A stretch of 21,954 nucleotides of DNA from Welwitschia mirabilis. Lineage: Eukaryota. Below the pieces are notes generated by a model. That model did not search any database and was not told where the DNA came from. It saw nothing but the letters and a program-made list of their open reading frames with translations. The position numbers were made by a program, and so were the translations under genes. The stretch is from the NCBI GenBank assembly GCA_051453625.1, contig JBOZIK010000001.1, positions 34,919,960-34,941,913 of the forward strand, given 5' to 3'. Of this stretch, positions 1 through 10,689 are shown piece by piece (the stretch's first letter is position 1; each line of letters starts with the position of its first letter).

Positions 1-1126
1 ATCCAAGTATGTATGCTAACTATGCACAAAGTTGAAATTATTTCTACATTAAAGGAAATTTGAAAATCCATAAATATTCTAAGAAAGAATAGTAGTTCTG
101 AAGAGGGGAAGGATATTCCTATGCTTGTGTCTTCCCCATTATGAATTTTACTATAACCAATCTACTATTTCAAGCCTTTGAAGTTTCTTCTAGGCTGCAA
201 AAATTCAAAATAGAAAAAGGATTGTTTTAATTTATCAGGTAGGATTTGTTTAGATTAAAGCTTAAGGTCAGGATCATTCTCATCTTTTTTTACCTATACC
301 CACTAGCTAGAAGTTTTCTTTGTTTATAGCTTAAAGATATTTTATTTTGTTACTAGTATTTTTGAAAGCCCTATGCATAACATTGTCGAAGTCCTCAACT
401 TGTTTATTCTTATAAGAGGGCTTAGGTATGTTGTTTTCTAAAAGGATTTCTTTGCTTTAAAGAAAACTTCAATAAATCATTAGCAAATTTTCATCCTTTA
501 TAAACATTTATCTTTTCCTAACCTTTTGGTGAACAAAATGACGTGAATTTGGTCAAGTAAAGTGTATGATTTTTTACTGAAAATCCTTACCACTTACTCA
601 CAATAATAGTTCACTGTTTCCTTTCTTAATATAAATATAACTACTACTAAGGTCTACATCAAGTACTATATATGCTTAATATCATAAGCAAAAATAACAT
701 TATATTCTTCTTAGATACAACCAATTTTATTGACAATGTCGTATCTAAATTATTAAAAAAAGTTAACCATAGATTTGGAAGATCTAAATACATGGAATAT
801 TCTAATATTCTAATGAAAAAGGATTAAAATCTAAAGACTCCCTCCTCACTGTTAACATAGCATGACAATGACAAGAAGAATCCTATGCTATAAAAAAGGA
901 TAAATATGTAAATTAAAAAAATACAAAAATGGTCATAAATTATTGAATCACTCTATACATAAAAAAGTTAGATACACTCACTTAAGCATGCTTGAATCCT
1001 TTGATGTTGTTACCAATATAATCATGTATTTGTTATACGTTAAATCCATTAAAATCAAGACATTGCTTTTTACAAAAGGCCTACACCTACTCCCAAGAGA
1101 AAATGACATAAAAAATCACAACACTT

Positions 1127-1151
1127 AGAGAGAGAGAGAGATAGAGAGAGA
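1127..1151. repeat. (AG)n microsatellite, about 12 units with one AT interruption
   Basis: AGAGAGAGAGAGAGATAGAGAGAGA seen directly. Confidence 0.95.
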
Positions 1152-1193
1152 ATTTACTCTCCTGATTTTTACATCCACTTTCAATTCTTTTTG

Positions 1194-1217
1194 CACGTAC
1201 TACACGTAGGAAACGTG
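1194..1217. promoter_or_regulatory. Three ACGT cores at 9-bp spacing (candidate bZIP/NAC sites)
   Basis: CACGTA, CACGTA and AACGTG with ACGT at 1195, 1204 and 1213, in otherwise CpG-poor DNA about 740 bp upstream of the ATG. Function is inferred only. Confidence 0.35.
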
Positions 1218-1658
1218 AACTTGCTAAAAGAAACAAATTGAAACAAGTGCTTTACTTAACATTAACAAAAAAGGAAAGACAGGGAAATCAAATCTCCATA
1301 GGGTAACCTTTGTCAACCTTACGCTAGAAATTGCCATGAAAATCCACATCAGTCGCACTGAATTGATCCTTCAATTCCAACCTAATACGTAAGTCGATTG
1401 TGATGGATTGCCTTAGGAGGCAACTTCTTATTGGAAACGGTAAAAATCCAAAAAGTTTCGCAATCTAAGTTTGGCGGATGCCTTTTTCCCCGACCTTTTT
1501 TTGACATGACTATTTCATCATTCCCACGTTGGAAAATTCTTCAAGAAATTCGATATACTCTAAGTTGACGCCATGTGCCGGAAGCATGATTTTCCATGAC
1601 TGGTATTGTTTGCCAGCAGAGGCGTACCTTAGAAGCGTCATTTTCTGCTACGAAGTCG

Positions 1659-1785
1659 TTGACCAACTTCCATTTCTTCTTAGTCTTCAGCCGCCGTGGC
1701 GCCGCTGCGAGTTACTTTCAGGAGACTTGCACAGACAAGTTGACGGTCGTAGTACCATCGAGTCGCCGGGATACGAAATCACGTG
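1659..1785 (+). promoter_or_regulatory. Proximal promoter motif cluster: W-box, GCC-box, G-box
   Basis: Exact consensus matches TTGACC 1659..1664, AGCCGCC 1689..1695 and CACGTG 1780..1785; further TTGAC/TGACG cores at 1501, 1565 and 1740. These are short motifs and function is untested. Confidence 0.4.
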
Positions 1786-1882
1786 CATGGGCGGGTATGT
1801 CTGTTAGGTGATACTCCGGTTAATTTCAGAGGCAGACAAGATTTTCAGCGTAAGATTAGGGATGCCTTAAGGTTTTACTTCC

Positions 1883-1890
1883 TACATAAA
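1883..1890 (+). promoter_or_regulatory. TATA-like box (TACATAAA)
   Basis: CC-TACATAAA-GCCC context about 60 nt upstream of the laccase ATG; a non-canonical variant. Confidence 0.5.
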
Positions 1891-1947
1891 GCCCCAGAGC
1901 TCCTCGCCGGACTGCAAAGTGAAGTTTCAACATCAAATCTGAACAGA

Positions 1948-2046
1948 ATGAGCTCCATGGTGACAATCCGCAGGCTTTCGCTGAGCCTTGTACTCTTTTT
2001 ATTTGTGTCTTTGGCCTCCGCAGCTCTCCGAACTTATGACTGGGTT
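1948..2046 (+). CDS. LAC: Laccase exon 1 (signal peptide)
   Basis: MSSMVTIRRLSLSLVLFLFVSLASAALRTYDWV has a basic n-region, hydrophobic core and an ASA|A cleavage-like site; donor GTAAGT at 2047. Confidence 0.9.
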
Positions 2047-4084
2047 GTAAGTAGATCAGTATTTCAGTATGTTAATATTTTTCTCTCTTCTTCGTCTTTT
2101 CTTTTTTTTCTAGAGATACGCCTCTTCAGATGATGCTGGTTTTTGATTAGCTGCGACAAACAACGATCACGAAGATCTGCAAAAGTCTAGAGGTGGTGAC
2201 GGTGAATGACATGTTTCCCGGCCCGACCATCCAAGTCCGCGACGGTGATGATGTTGTTGTTAACGTTCATAACGCTGCCAAATACAACGCAACTCTGCAT
2301 TGGTAATTCCAGCATTTGCAGTAGCGTCTGCGCAGATTTATTCGTCGACGGCATGTAAAGGCTGCGTTTTGTTTCGTTATGTTTTTGCAGGCACGGAGTC
2401 CGGCAGATGAGAAATCCTTGGGCAGACGGTCCGGCGTTTGTGACGCAGTGCCCGATTCAGCCCGGACAGAACTTTACTTACAGATTCAAGATTGAGAACC
2501 AGCAGGGAACTCTCTTCTGGCACGCTCATTCCTCCTGGCTCAGGGCCACTGTCCACGGCGCATTCATCATCCTCCCCAGGAAAACCCAGAACTATCCCTA
2601 CGCGCACCCCGGCCGCGACGAAATTCTCGTCCTCGGTATGACGCTGTAAATCCCCTGCTGACGATTTTCATTCAACTTCTAATGACAAACTTGTTTTTCT
2701 GCTTCAATTAGGCGAGTGGTGGGACGCCGACCCCGTGAAAATAGAGGAAGCATTCCTTTTCGACGGAGGGAAACCGGAACTCTCCGACTCGCTTACCATC
2801 AACGGCAATCCCGGACACTTCGCTCCCTGCCCAGGTAACTTCTGTTCTAATACTGCTGCCGAATGTTCCCTCAACTGTACTGATCTGCGAAATCTTTCTT
2901 TCTGATCTTCTGCACTTACAGAGATGAGTCGCATAAAGGTGACTAAAGGAGAAACCATTCTTTTCCGCATAATAAACGCGGCCATGGCCTACACGATGTT
3001 TCTTCGTTTCGACAACCACACAGCGACGTTGGTCGCGGTGGATGCGCAGTACACAAAACCATTTCAAACCGACTTAATCATCGTCGGGCCAGGCGAAACC
3101 GCCGATGCGCTAATTACATTCGACAAGGGCGAGTGCGGAAACTCATTTTTCGTCGCGGCAAGAGCCTACTGGGCATCCCACGTGACTCCCTCCGACGAAA
3201 CCACAACCACGGCCACCGTCGACTATATCTGCAGCTCTTTTCCTTCTGCCGACGTCGTTCCCGACACTATCCCAGAGCTTCCTCTGGTTGACGATACTGA
3301 CACCGTGGAGCGCTTTTACCGGGCATTGCGCAGCCTCCGCTCCGCGCCGAACATTGCTCGCATGCCCGACGGAGAGGCGAACGAGAGCCTCTTCTTCATT
3401 GAGAATCCGGGCATGATTCCTTGCAATAATCCCAACATAACCTGCATGGGCCCAAACGACGAGCGAATAGTCACCGGTCTAAACAACATTTCGTTCATGC
3501 AACCCACATCTTTGTCGATTCTCGAGGCGTATTTTTTTAACATTTCCGGCGTCTATACGCCAGATTTCCCTGATAGACCGCAGGATTTTTTCGATTTCAC
3601 TAACAAGACATTGCCGGTGACATACAGCGTCAAGGCCACTAAGGTGAAGATTCTGAGATTCAATTCAACAGTTCAGTTGGTTATCCAATCCGTCGCCATC
3701 CTTGGCGGAGAGAACCATAATTTCCATCTGCATGGCCACGATTTCTTTATCGTCGGCAGGGGCTTCGGCAGCTACAATCCTGTGAGTGATCCGAAAACCT
3801 TCAATTTGGCGGATCCGCCGAAGCGGAATACGGTGAATCTGCCGTTCAATGGGTGGGCTGCCATACGGTTCCTGGCGGACAATCCCGGGGTGTGGTTTTT
3901 CCACTGTCATGTCGATTATCATATGTCCATAGGCATGTCGATGGTTTTCTTGACTCTCGACGGTGTTGGCTCTCAGGATAAAATGCTTCCGCCTCCGCCG
4001 GACTTTGGGAGATGTGTGCTTCCCAACAGCACTGTGATTCAACGGCAACCGACAGCCGACGACGTTGACAGTTCTGTGTCGTAA
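1948..4084 (+). CDS. LAC: Laccase (plant multicopper oxidase), 5 exons: join(1948..2046,2151..2302,2391..2635,2712..2834,2922..4084), 1782 nt, 593 aa
   Basis: The spliced frame is open to TAA at 4082..4084 and all four introns are GT..AG. It has an N-terminal signal peptide and all four copper motifs: L1 [24 protein letters not shown], L2 GTLFWHAH, L3 HNFHLHGH, L4 HCHVDYHMSIGM. It also has the plant laccase PPPPDxxxC end motif and many N-x-S/T sites. An alternative in-frame ATG lies at 1957. Subfamily is not assigned. Confidence 0.96.
2151..2302 (+). CDS. LAC: Laccase exon 2
   Basis: Acceptor TTAG ends 2150; encodes LRQTTITKICKSLEVVTVNDMFPGPTIQVRDGDDVVVNVHNAAKYNATLH(W); donor GTAATT at 2303 splits the HW|HG Trp codon; 152 nt, the usual size of this laccase exon. 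Confidence 0.95.
2391..2635 (+). CDS. LAC: Laccase exon 3
   Basis: Acceptor TGCAG ends 2390; encodes the rest of L1 and L2 (HGVRQ...WHAH...EILVL); donor GTATGA at 2636; 245 nt, the usual size. Confidence 0.96.
2712..2834 (+). CDS. LAC: Laccase exon 4
   Basis: Acceptor TTAG ends 2711; (G)EWWDADPVKIEEAFLFDGGKPELSDSLTINGNPGHFAPCP; donor CAG|GTAACT at 2835; read-through would hit an in-frame TGA near 2903. Confidence 0.93.
2922..4084 (+). CDS. LAC: Laccase exon 5 (contains L3, L4 and the stop codon)
   Basis: Acceptor TACAG ends 2921 in a phase compatible with exon 4; corresponds to the 386-aa ORF 2924..4084. Confidence 0.95.
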
Positions 4085-4317
4085 TGAATGGAGATAGGTC
4101 AATCCGCCGTCCGTAATTGTTAGGGTTAAGGTTATCTAGGGTAGAAACTGGAGGCTGCAGCACCGTCGTACATGTCAGTTACTTGTAGATTACTTAAGTA
4201 ATGACTTAGCGTTTCCTTTATTCTACACCTTGCCAAATGCGGACTATAGAACGGCTAAAACATAAATTTTACGCCTTTCGAAAATAAGATTAAGGTTGTT
4301 CCGTATGTTTTGTCAGA

Positions 4318-4323
4318 AATAAA
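4318..4323 (+). terminator. Candidate polyadenylation near-upstream element AATAAA
   Basis: About 235 nt after the stop; retained in both other copies of this flank (20192..20197 minus; 8240..8245 plus). Confidence 0.4.
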
Positions 4324-5039
4324 GGATGAAGCCCTATCTTAACACAAATTTTTAAAGTTTTATTAAACTTGGGAATGTGATAGCACATCGATTTTTATTG
4401 AATCAGATTAATAAGCCATAAGATTATTGGGCCAGTATTACAAAGGTATCTTATGGGCCACGAGAACAAAGGGCATCAAGGAATATCATACTTAAACTAT
4501 GTAAGATGCTTCACTAAAATTTGAAATTCTATTGTATTTAATTTTCTTATGTGATTTTCTTCTTGTATGATGCTTTCTCATAAAGCTATTTGATTCTTTT
4601 GGTCATTTTTCAAAGTAGTTTTCTACAACAGTTAATCCTCATTATGTCAATTATATAAGAATTGAGACATTTTTATGATGTAGTGCAGAGAGCTAGGTTT
4701 AGTGAGCTTGAAGTATTTTGTTATATTTTAAAAGTTTTATTACAAGTAACCACCATTTTAATGTTGGTCATCTTTCAATAATAATATTTTAACTTTTGAT
4801 CAATTTAGTTTTAAAAGTATTGTTCATTTCTTTTATCTTTCCTTTCAAGCATTATGCTACTATTACATTGCTTTGATGTCTACTTAAGAGGTGGCCAAGA
4901 TATCCTAACCTCTTTTAATAAGAAAAACTTATATTTCAAACTTTTTAGGAGAATTGAACTTAAAACTTTTACTAACCATACTCCCTTAAGAGTACAACCA
5001 ATATAATAGCCTAAATAAAAAAAAATTTAAGGAAAGGGT

Positions 5040-7900
5040 AATTTTATTAAATGTCATAGAAAATTACAATCATGGTAGACATGATGGCTCTTTGAAATTT
5101 TGGAGCCTAGATGCTCTTTCATTAAGAATAAAAGGTCACACATAGTGCAAATTTGTTTAGACACTATAGTATTCACTTACATCATTATAATGATTCTGAA
5201 TTGTAAAAAATGAAAGTAATGAGTGATAAACTACATTCTAGTTTGGGGATTTTTGTTGAAAGGTACATTGATTTTTATGTCTCCATAGCACCCATCAAGC
5301 TATAGCCAAATTCATTCTCTTCTTTTGTCAAGTGTGAAGAAGTCCTCCAATGCATCAATAGATGATATTTTAAATTTTTGAAATCTTTTTTTCCATAAAG
5401 GAACATGGCAGGAAAAGATGCTTGATGTCTTTCCCTTCTTCTCAATATAAAAAATAGTCTTGATTGATTATAAACCCTTTCTATTAAAGTTTAATGTTAG
5501 TTAGCAATATTGTTGTAAGAAGTGAAGAGGATACCTTTATTTTTTTAGGAAGATTTGATTTCCATATTGTTTTCCACTTTGAGTCAAGTTTAAAATGTTC
5601 TTCAAAGATTCTCTTCATTGAAATTATTCTATCCTTCATTGGTAAGTTATCAGGGATTGACAGACTCACTAATTAATGATGATCAAAGTTGCAATGCTAC
5701 CCTCTAAATGGCTTTCCACATTGGTGATCCCTTTTGATAATTTATGCCACATTTTTCTTTATGGAATTCCATCCAAGGAATTTGTGGTTGATAATGGTAT
5801 TTACCTGCCATCTTGGTGAGCATTGTCTAATTAAGATCTTTCATTGTCTTTAATCCCAATCCACCTGCTAATTTAGGTGCTATAATGTTTTGAAATTTAG
5901 TAAGATGTAGACATTGTTTTCCTTTTCCTGCAAGCCATATAAAATTTCAAATGATTTTATTTATTACTTACTACAACTTTCAAGGGCAAAGGCATATAAG
6001 AAGCTAAATTGATAGTCATGGAAGATAAGTAAAATTTCATAAGAACAAGATTACTTACACTACTGAGAAAACAATTTTGCTAGTTAGACATCTTGTTACA
6101 AACTTTTCTAATTCTTACTTCCCAATGCTTCGATTGAGATTGGTCATAAGAGAAAGGAACACCTAGGTATTTTGTAGGGAATTTTCATTTAATGAAACTT
6201 AAAACTTGCAAAATTCTTTGTTTTCTAGTGATTAGGGAGTTATCAAAATACAACTTTGATTTTTTCGAGTTAATTGAAAGACTTGTATTAGAGGAAAACT
6301 GACTAATTGTATCCATTAAATCTATGGACTATTAATACATTTGGATCTAAACAAAATAATTTTTCATCCATAAATTGGATTAAGGGAATCTTTGGTGTAC
6401 ATAGGTAAGGTTCAACTTCATTTCTCTGAATTAGCTTAACAAGAGAATCCATCACAATAATAAATAAAAGAGGGGAGAGGCGGTCTCCTTGACTAAGTTG
6501 AGATTTTAGTTAAAAGTATTCCAAACATCTGCCATTAATTATAATAAATGAATAAATATATATAAAGGTAAATTCTAAAAAGGAAATAAATTTTTGAGAA
6601 AATCCTTTTGCTTTAAGAATATAAATGAAAGCTAACCATTGGCTCATATTAAAAACTTTTAAAGTGTCTAGCTTGAAAATATTGCTCCATGTTTCTCTTT
6701 GGAATTTACTTTAACTGTTTTATTTGCTAATAAAATGCTATCATGTATAGACCTACCTTTTATGAAACCTACTTAAGATGAATGAATAATATCTAGATGA
6801 ATATTGGCTAATTGTTTTGCCCACATCTTAAAGATTGTTTTATATGAAACATTACGTAAATTTAAAGGTCTATAATTTTGAGCTTTAGATACATTTTTCT
6901 TTTTTTGAATAAGACAAATAAGTGTATCACTTATTGAAATTAAATACTTACATTTTTGAAATACCTTATTCATAAAAGCAATGTAGTCCTTCTTGATAAT
7001 ATTCCAATATAATATGTAGAATTCCACTGAAGAACCATCTAGTCCTGGAGCCTTGTTGTGACTCAATTTTTTAATTGTGTTTCATATCTCTATCTCTGAA
7101 AAAAATTTCTATAATATCCACTAGTTTTGAACAAAGACTTTCATCCCAAATAAGGCATCTAAAGGTTTAAACTTATCTTAAAAACTTTTGATGATTGTTG
7201 TATTTTTTTGAAAGTATTACATCTACTTGTGTTTTATAATTAAGAACTATGACAAATGATATTATCTTTTTTTTGGTTTATTTAAGAAATTAAAAAATAA
7301 AAAATCTCCTCTGATAATCAAAGAGAAGCTCTTTTGGAAATGTCATATAAATAAAGAAAGTATACTTAGCCCTAATGAAAGCTCATTCTATCCTTGTTTT
7401 GCAATTTAAGATATGATTTGATTATAATTCATTCTTACTTGAACCTTTTTTTCCCCTGCTTATTCCCTATGAACTACTACTGTTTCAAACATTTTATTAA
7501 ACTGTCATTAAATTTCTTAATAAAAATTACAACCGTTAAGGCATGTATCTTAAACATAAAGGTAGCATATGGTTGAGAAATTACTAACATATTTTTCTCT
7601 TTGCAATTATATTAGTAGATGTTGTTTCAAGTCTTCCTCAATTCTACTCTTTTGTTATAATATAAAAAGAACAATCTACAATCCATACTTATTAGTATTA
7701 AGATTATTAATGTTGTCAACTAAAGTATTGTCATATATGTCACTGAATTGCTAATGAACAATTTACACCTATAGTTTACTACATTGAGATATGTATTTAA
7801 AAGACGTAGCTTTTACTTTATTGTATTTTCTACCCAATGCAGATCATAAAGCTTATCTTAAGGACTAATCATGTCTAATTTTCATGTTGGATCTACCCTT
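5040..7900 (-). mobile_element. Degenerate L1-type LINE (non-LTR retrotransposon) ORF2 remnant
   Basis: Minus-strand motifs occur in the correct order: KAPGLDG...NYRPLNLRNVSYK (6773..7066), GFIKGRSIHDSILL, SQGDRLSPL (~6470..6500), QFMDE in place of the FADD catalytic motif (~6365..6378), PTKYLGVP (~6155..6180), PKLAGGLGL (~5850..5880), and zf-RVT-like WKTIWKSNLPKKIK (5484..5669). Many stops and frameshifts; both ends are approximate, the 7900 end especially. Confidence 0.9.
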
Positions 7901-8179
7901 AAATTAGTCCATTAACTTATTGGAACTTTGTCATTCTAGGTTTTAATTTCCTATGGCTATGATTAGGAATTCTGTCATCATGAGGTTCTAATTCTTTTTC
8001 CTCCATCCTTAATTCATGAGGTATCTACCTCCTCAAGCTTAAGAATTTATTTTGTAATAAACTAGTATTTATTATAGTATATGTACCATTAATAAATTCA
8101 CTTTAATCTATTATTAAATTTATCTTTTCTTTAATCATCAATACAATTATGATTTTTAGTCATATAATCGTAGATTTCA

Positions 8180-8900
8180 AATGTTCTAATTTCATTCCTT
8201 TAAGAAAAAAGATAGAAATTTTTTGTTATCTTTTTTAGAAATAAAGCTTGAAGTAATTTATAATTTTAAATCATATGTTTTTAATTTTAAGTAATTCCTT
8301 AGATGGTTTAAATATTTACTAAACTTAAAAATATCATACCAAATAGCTTTTTATTAAATAAAATTATTGAGCTACTAGTACAGAAGCACTTCATGGATGC
8401 TAGAATAGAAGGAATCAAGAAATACCATACCACTACTTAAACTATATGTGAGATATTTATTAAACTTGAGATTCTATTATGCTCTATTTTCTTATATGAC
8501 TTTATTCTTATATAATGCTTTTTGATGAATTTCTTTTCTTATTTCATTTATTTATTTTTAAAGTAATCTTTTATAGAAGTCAATTCTTATAGTCTTTAGT
8601 ATATAAAACTTTAGTAATATAATTTCATCACCATTTTAATGTAGGTTACTCGAGTAATAATATCTTTTTTTATTAAATCATTTTTTAATGTTCATTACTT
8701 TTATTCTATATTTCAAGTATTACATTGCTTTTATTTTTAGTTAGAATATAATTAAGATATCTTGGTCTCTTTTTGTAAAATAAAATATTTTAAATTTTTA
8801 GTGGATATTAAATTTAAAACTTTTAGTGGCCATAGCTTCAACAAGAGTACAACAACTATGATAGTTTAAAAGAATAATTTAATTACACTTATGGCCTCAT
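8180..8900 (+). repeat. Third, strongly AT-decayed copy of the laccase 3' flank (homologous to about 4260..5030)
   Basis: Colinear anchors: AGAAATAAAG.TTGAAG, ATTATTGAGCTA, ATCAAG.AATA, ACTTAAACTAT, CACCATTTTAATGT, GTTCATTACTTTTATT, TATTACATTGCTTT, TAAAACTTTTA, AAGAGTACAAC, AATAATTTAATTA. Confidence 0.75.
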
Positions 8901-10689
8901 AAACATTTTTCATGCTAAACATAGCATTTAAATGCTTAACCTTATCCTTGACCTTTTTAATTTTTTAAATAAATAAGGCTACTTTATTAACACATAAAAA
9001 ATTTACATAAAGTTACAAAAATAAGGGGAAACATAACCCTAGTATAGATATAGTATTTAAAATATCTAACAACTATGTAAAAGAAGCAGACACTACCCTA
9101 ACAAAGCAAGGAAAATAATTCAAACTATTTGAAAATAGTTGTTATTATACATGCATCACATAAAACCAATAAAACAAAGGTTATAAGAAGATTTAAAATC
9201 CTATAAATTTTTAAAAAACACCATCATTCTTGTATAAAATCATTTTTTCATCTAAATCCTTGGTTAAGACTTCATGAGCTTCATTAATTTCTTTCAATTC
9301 TTTTTCTCTTATATGGTTCTTATGAAGATGATGAGTAATGGCTTTCTATGTAAAAGCCTATTTAATCTTTAAAATAGGAGATTTATACCTAATATCTAAT
9401 ACATGAAAAGGATATTTCTTAATGCTAAGAAAAGAGGCATCCAAAACTTCTCTTCAAACACTATCATGCTTCATTTTTAGAGGGAGTTGGACATTAGAAG
9501 AAGGGGATGAAGGAAAAGGAGACTTAGTTTTCTCTCTAGCAAAATGCTACTGAGAGGAATATTTTCTTGCAAAGGAAGGCTTTAAATATTTAATGTCAAA
9601 TTACTTCCTTCCATCCCCTTTACCTCATTCTTCAATGCATGTCTACTAGGCGTTTTAGCTATAGTTGATTGAGGAGTTACCTCATGGATTTCCAAGGAGA
9701 AACATTCTTAATAGTTGGGATTAGGGATGAAGAAGTAGTAACACTCCTTTCACATTATTGCTATTTAAAAAGATTAGTAAGTGAGATGTTTTCATTCCTT
9801 TACTCCTTAGATACTATCTAAATGGCTTTAATCAATCTTGAGTATTTGGTAATATCTCTATTTGTTAAAGCTTCCACATAAATTTTGACAAATTCTTTGA
9901 CTACATCAAGTCTAAGTCATTTATGAATATCAATTAAAAACACATCAGTTTATAAACATTACTAGATCAAATACTATAATTCTTCACAAGTTTTACTTCA
10001 GGTTTCCAAAGGTGCAAAAACATAGCCCTTTTGATGTGACCATAGTTTACCTTTAGTCTTCCTTAAGGAAAGAAGTGGACTACCTCCCTATGTTCATAAG
10101 AATATAAGTGATAACCTTACTCTCTTAAGAAACCACATGGTAGTAGACTAGGATGGTCTCCATTGGCTTTACTATAACACAATGAAAATGAGTTAAGTCA
10201 TCCCTTCGTTTCTTGATGAAGGGATTTAGATTGAGATTTACATCCCTTAATAGCGATGCTATCAGGAGGTTATCATAAATCATAGCTCACATTCTCTTTT
10301 AAATCTTCATATTTATTTGATATTCAAATGTTTTACTAGGTTCAAGGGGATGGAAATTTTCATGATAACTTTGATTTCATTCCAATAGCTAAAATGTAAA
10401 TAAATAAGAAAAAATGAAACTTTTCACAAATAATCTCATTTCTAACATGTTAAACTTACAAGAGTATTACTTCTCCCATTTGTAAGGGTGTCAATGCACT
10501 GATGTCCCCTTTAAGAGTCGCCATCCAATTAAATGTTTGGAAATAATTGCTTTAAGTGCATTTAGTTTAAGTTTTTTAAGATACTAAATCTAAATGGATC
10601 CTTGAATTATGAATTATCTTATGATATATTACCTTCTTTTGTTTACTTTATTTTAGAGAATAAATTTTAAAATTTTAACTAAAGAAATA

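Larger units (their letters stand above)
2650..5030 (+). repeat. Left arm of an approximately 2.4 kb inverted segmental duplication (partner about 19430..21860)
   Basis: Colinear by eye with the reverse complement of 19430..21860 through intron 3, exon 4, intron 4, exon 5 and about 950 bp of 3' flank. Example: ATACTCCCTTAAGAGTA near 4978 and its reverse complement near 19484..19500. Confidence 0.9.

Noticed and set aside
1..700. Possible old LTR fragment upstream of the promoter
   Set aside because: Composition is suggestive only; no terminal motif, PBS, PPT or coding domain could be fixed.
1529..2133. Plus-strand ORFs 1529..1807, 1596..1811 and the upstream part of 1783..2133
   Set aside because: They begin upstream of the TATA-like box in GC-rich promoter DNA and show no domain features. 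Only 1948..2046 of the last is explained, as exon 1.
4118..4142. TTAGGGTTAAGGTT as a telomere repeat or telo-box
   Set aside because: Only one imperfect unit; it does not match TTAGGGTTT and could be chance, although it is retained in the paralog flank.
2377..4163. Minus-strand ORFs overlapping the laccase (2377..2607, 2704..2985, 2708..3067, 3316..3543, 3665..4102, 3846..4163)
   Set aside because: Shadow ORFs of a GC-rich coding sequence with no recognisable motifs.
8950..10200. Possible second LINE remnant (T-rich end near 8955, YE...GHIKR relic near 10030..10100 on minus)
   Set aside because: Too degenerate; the Cys residues of a zinc knuckle are missing. A profile search would be needed.
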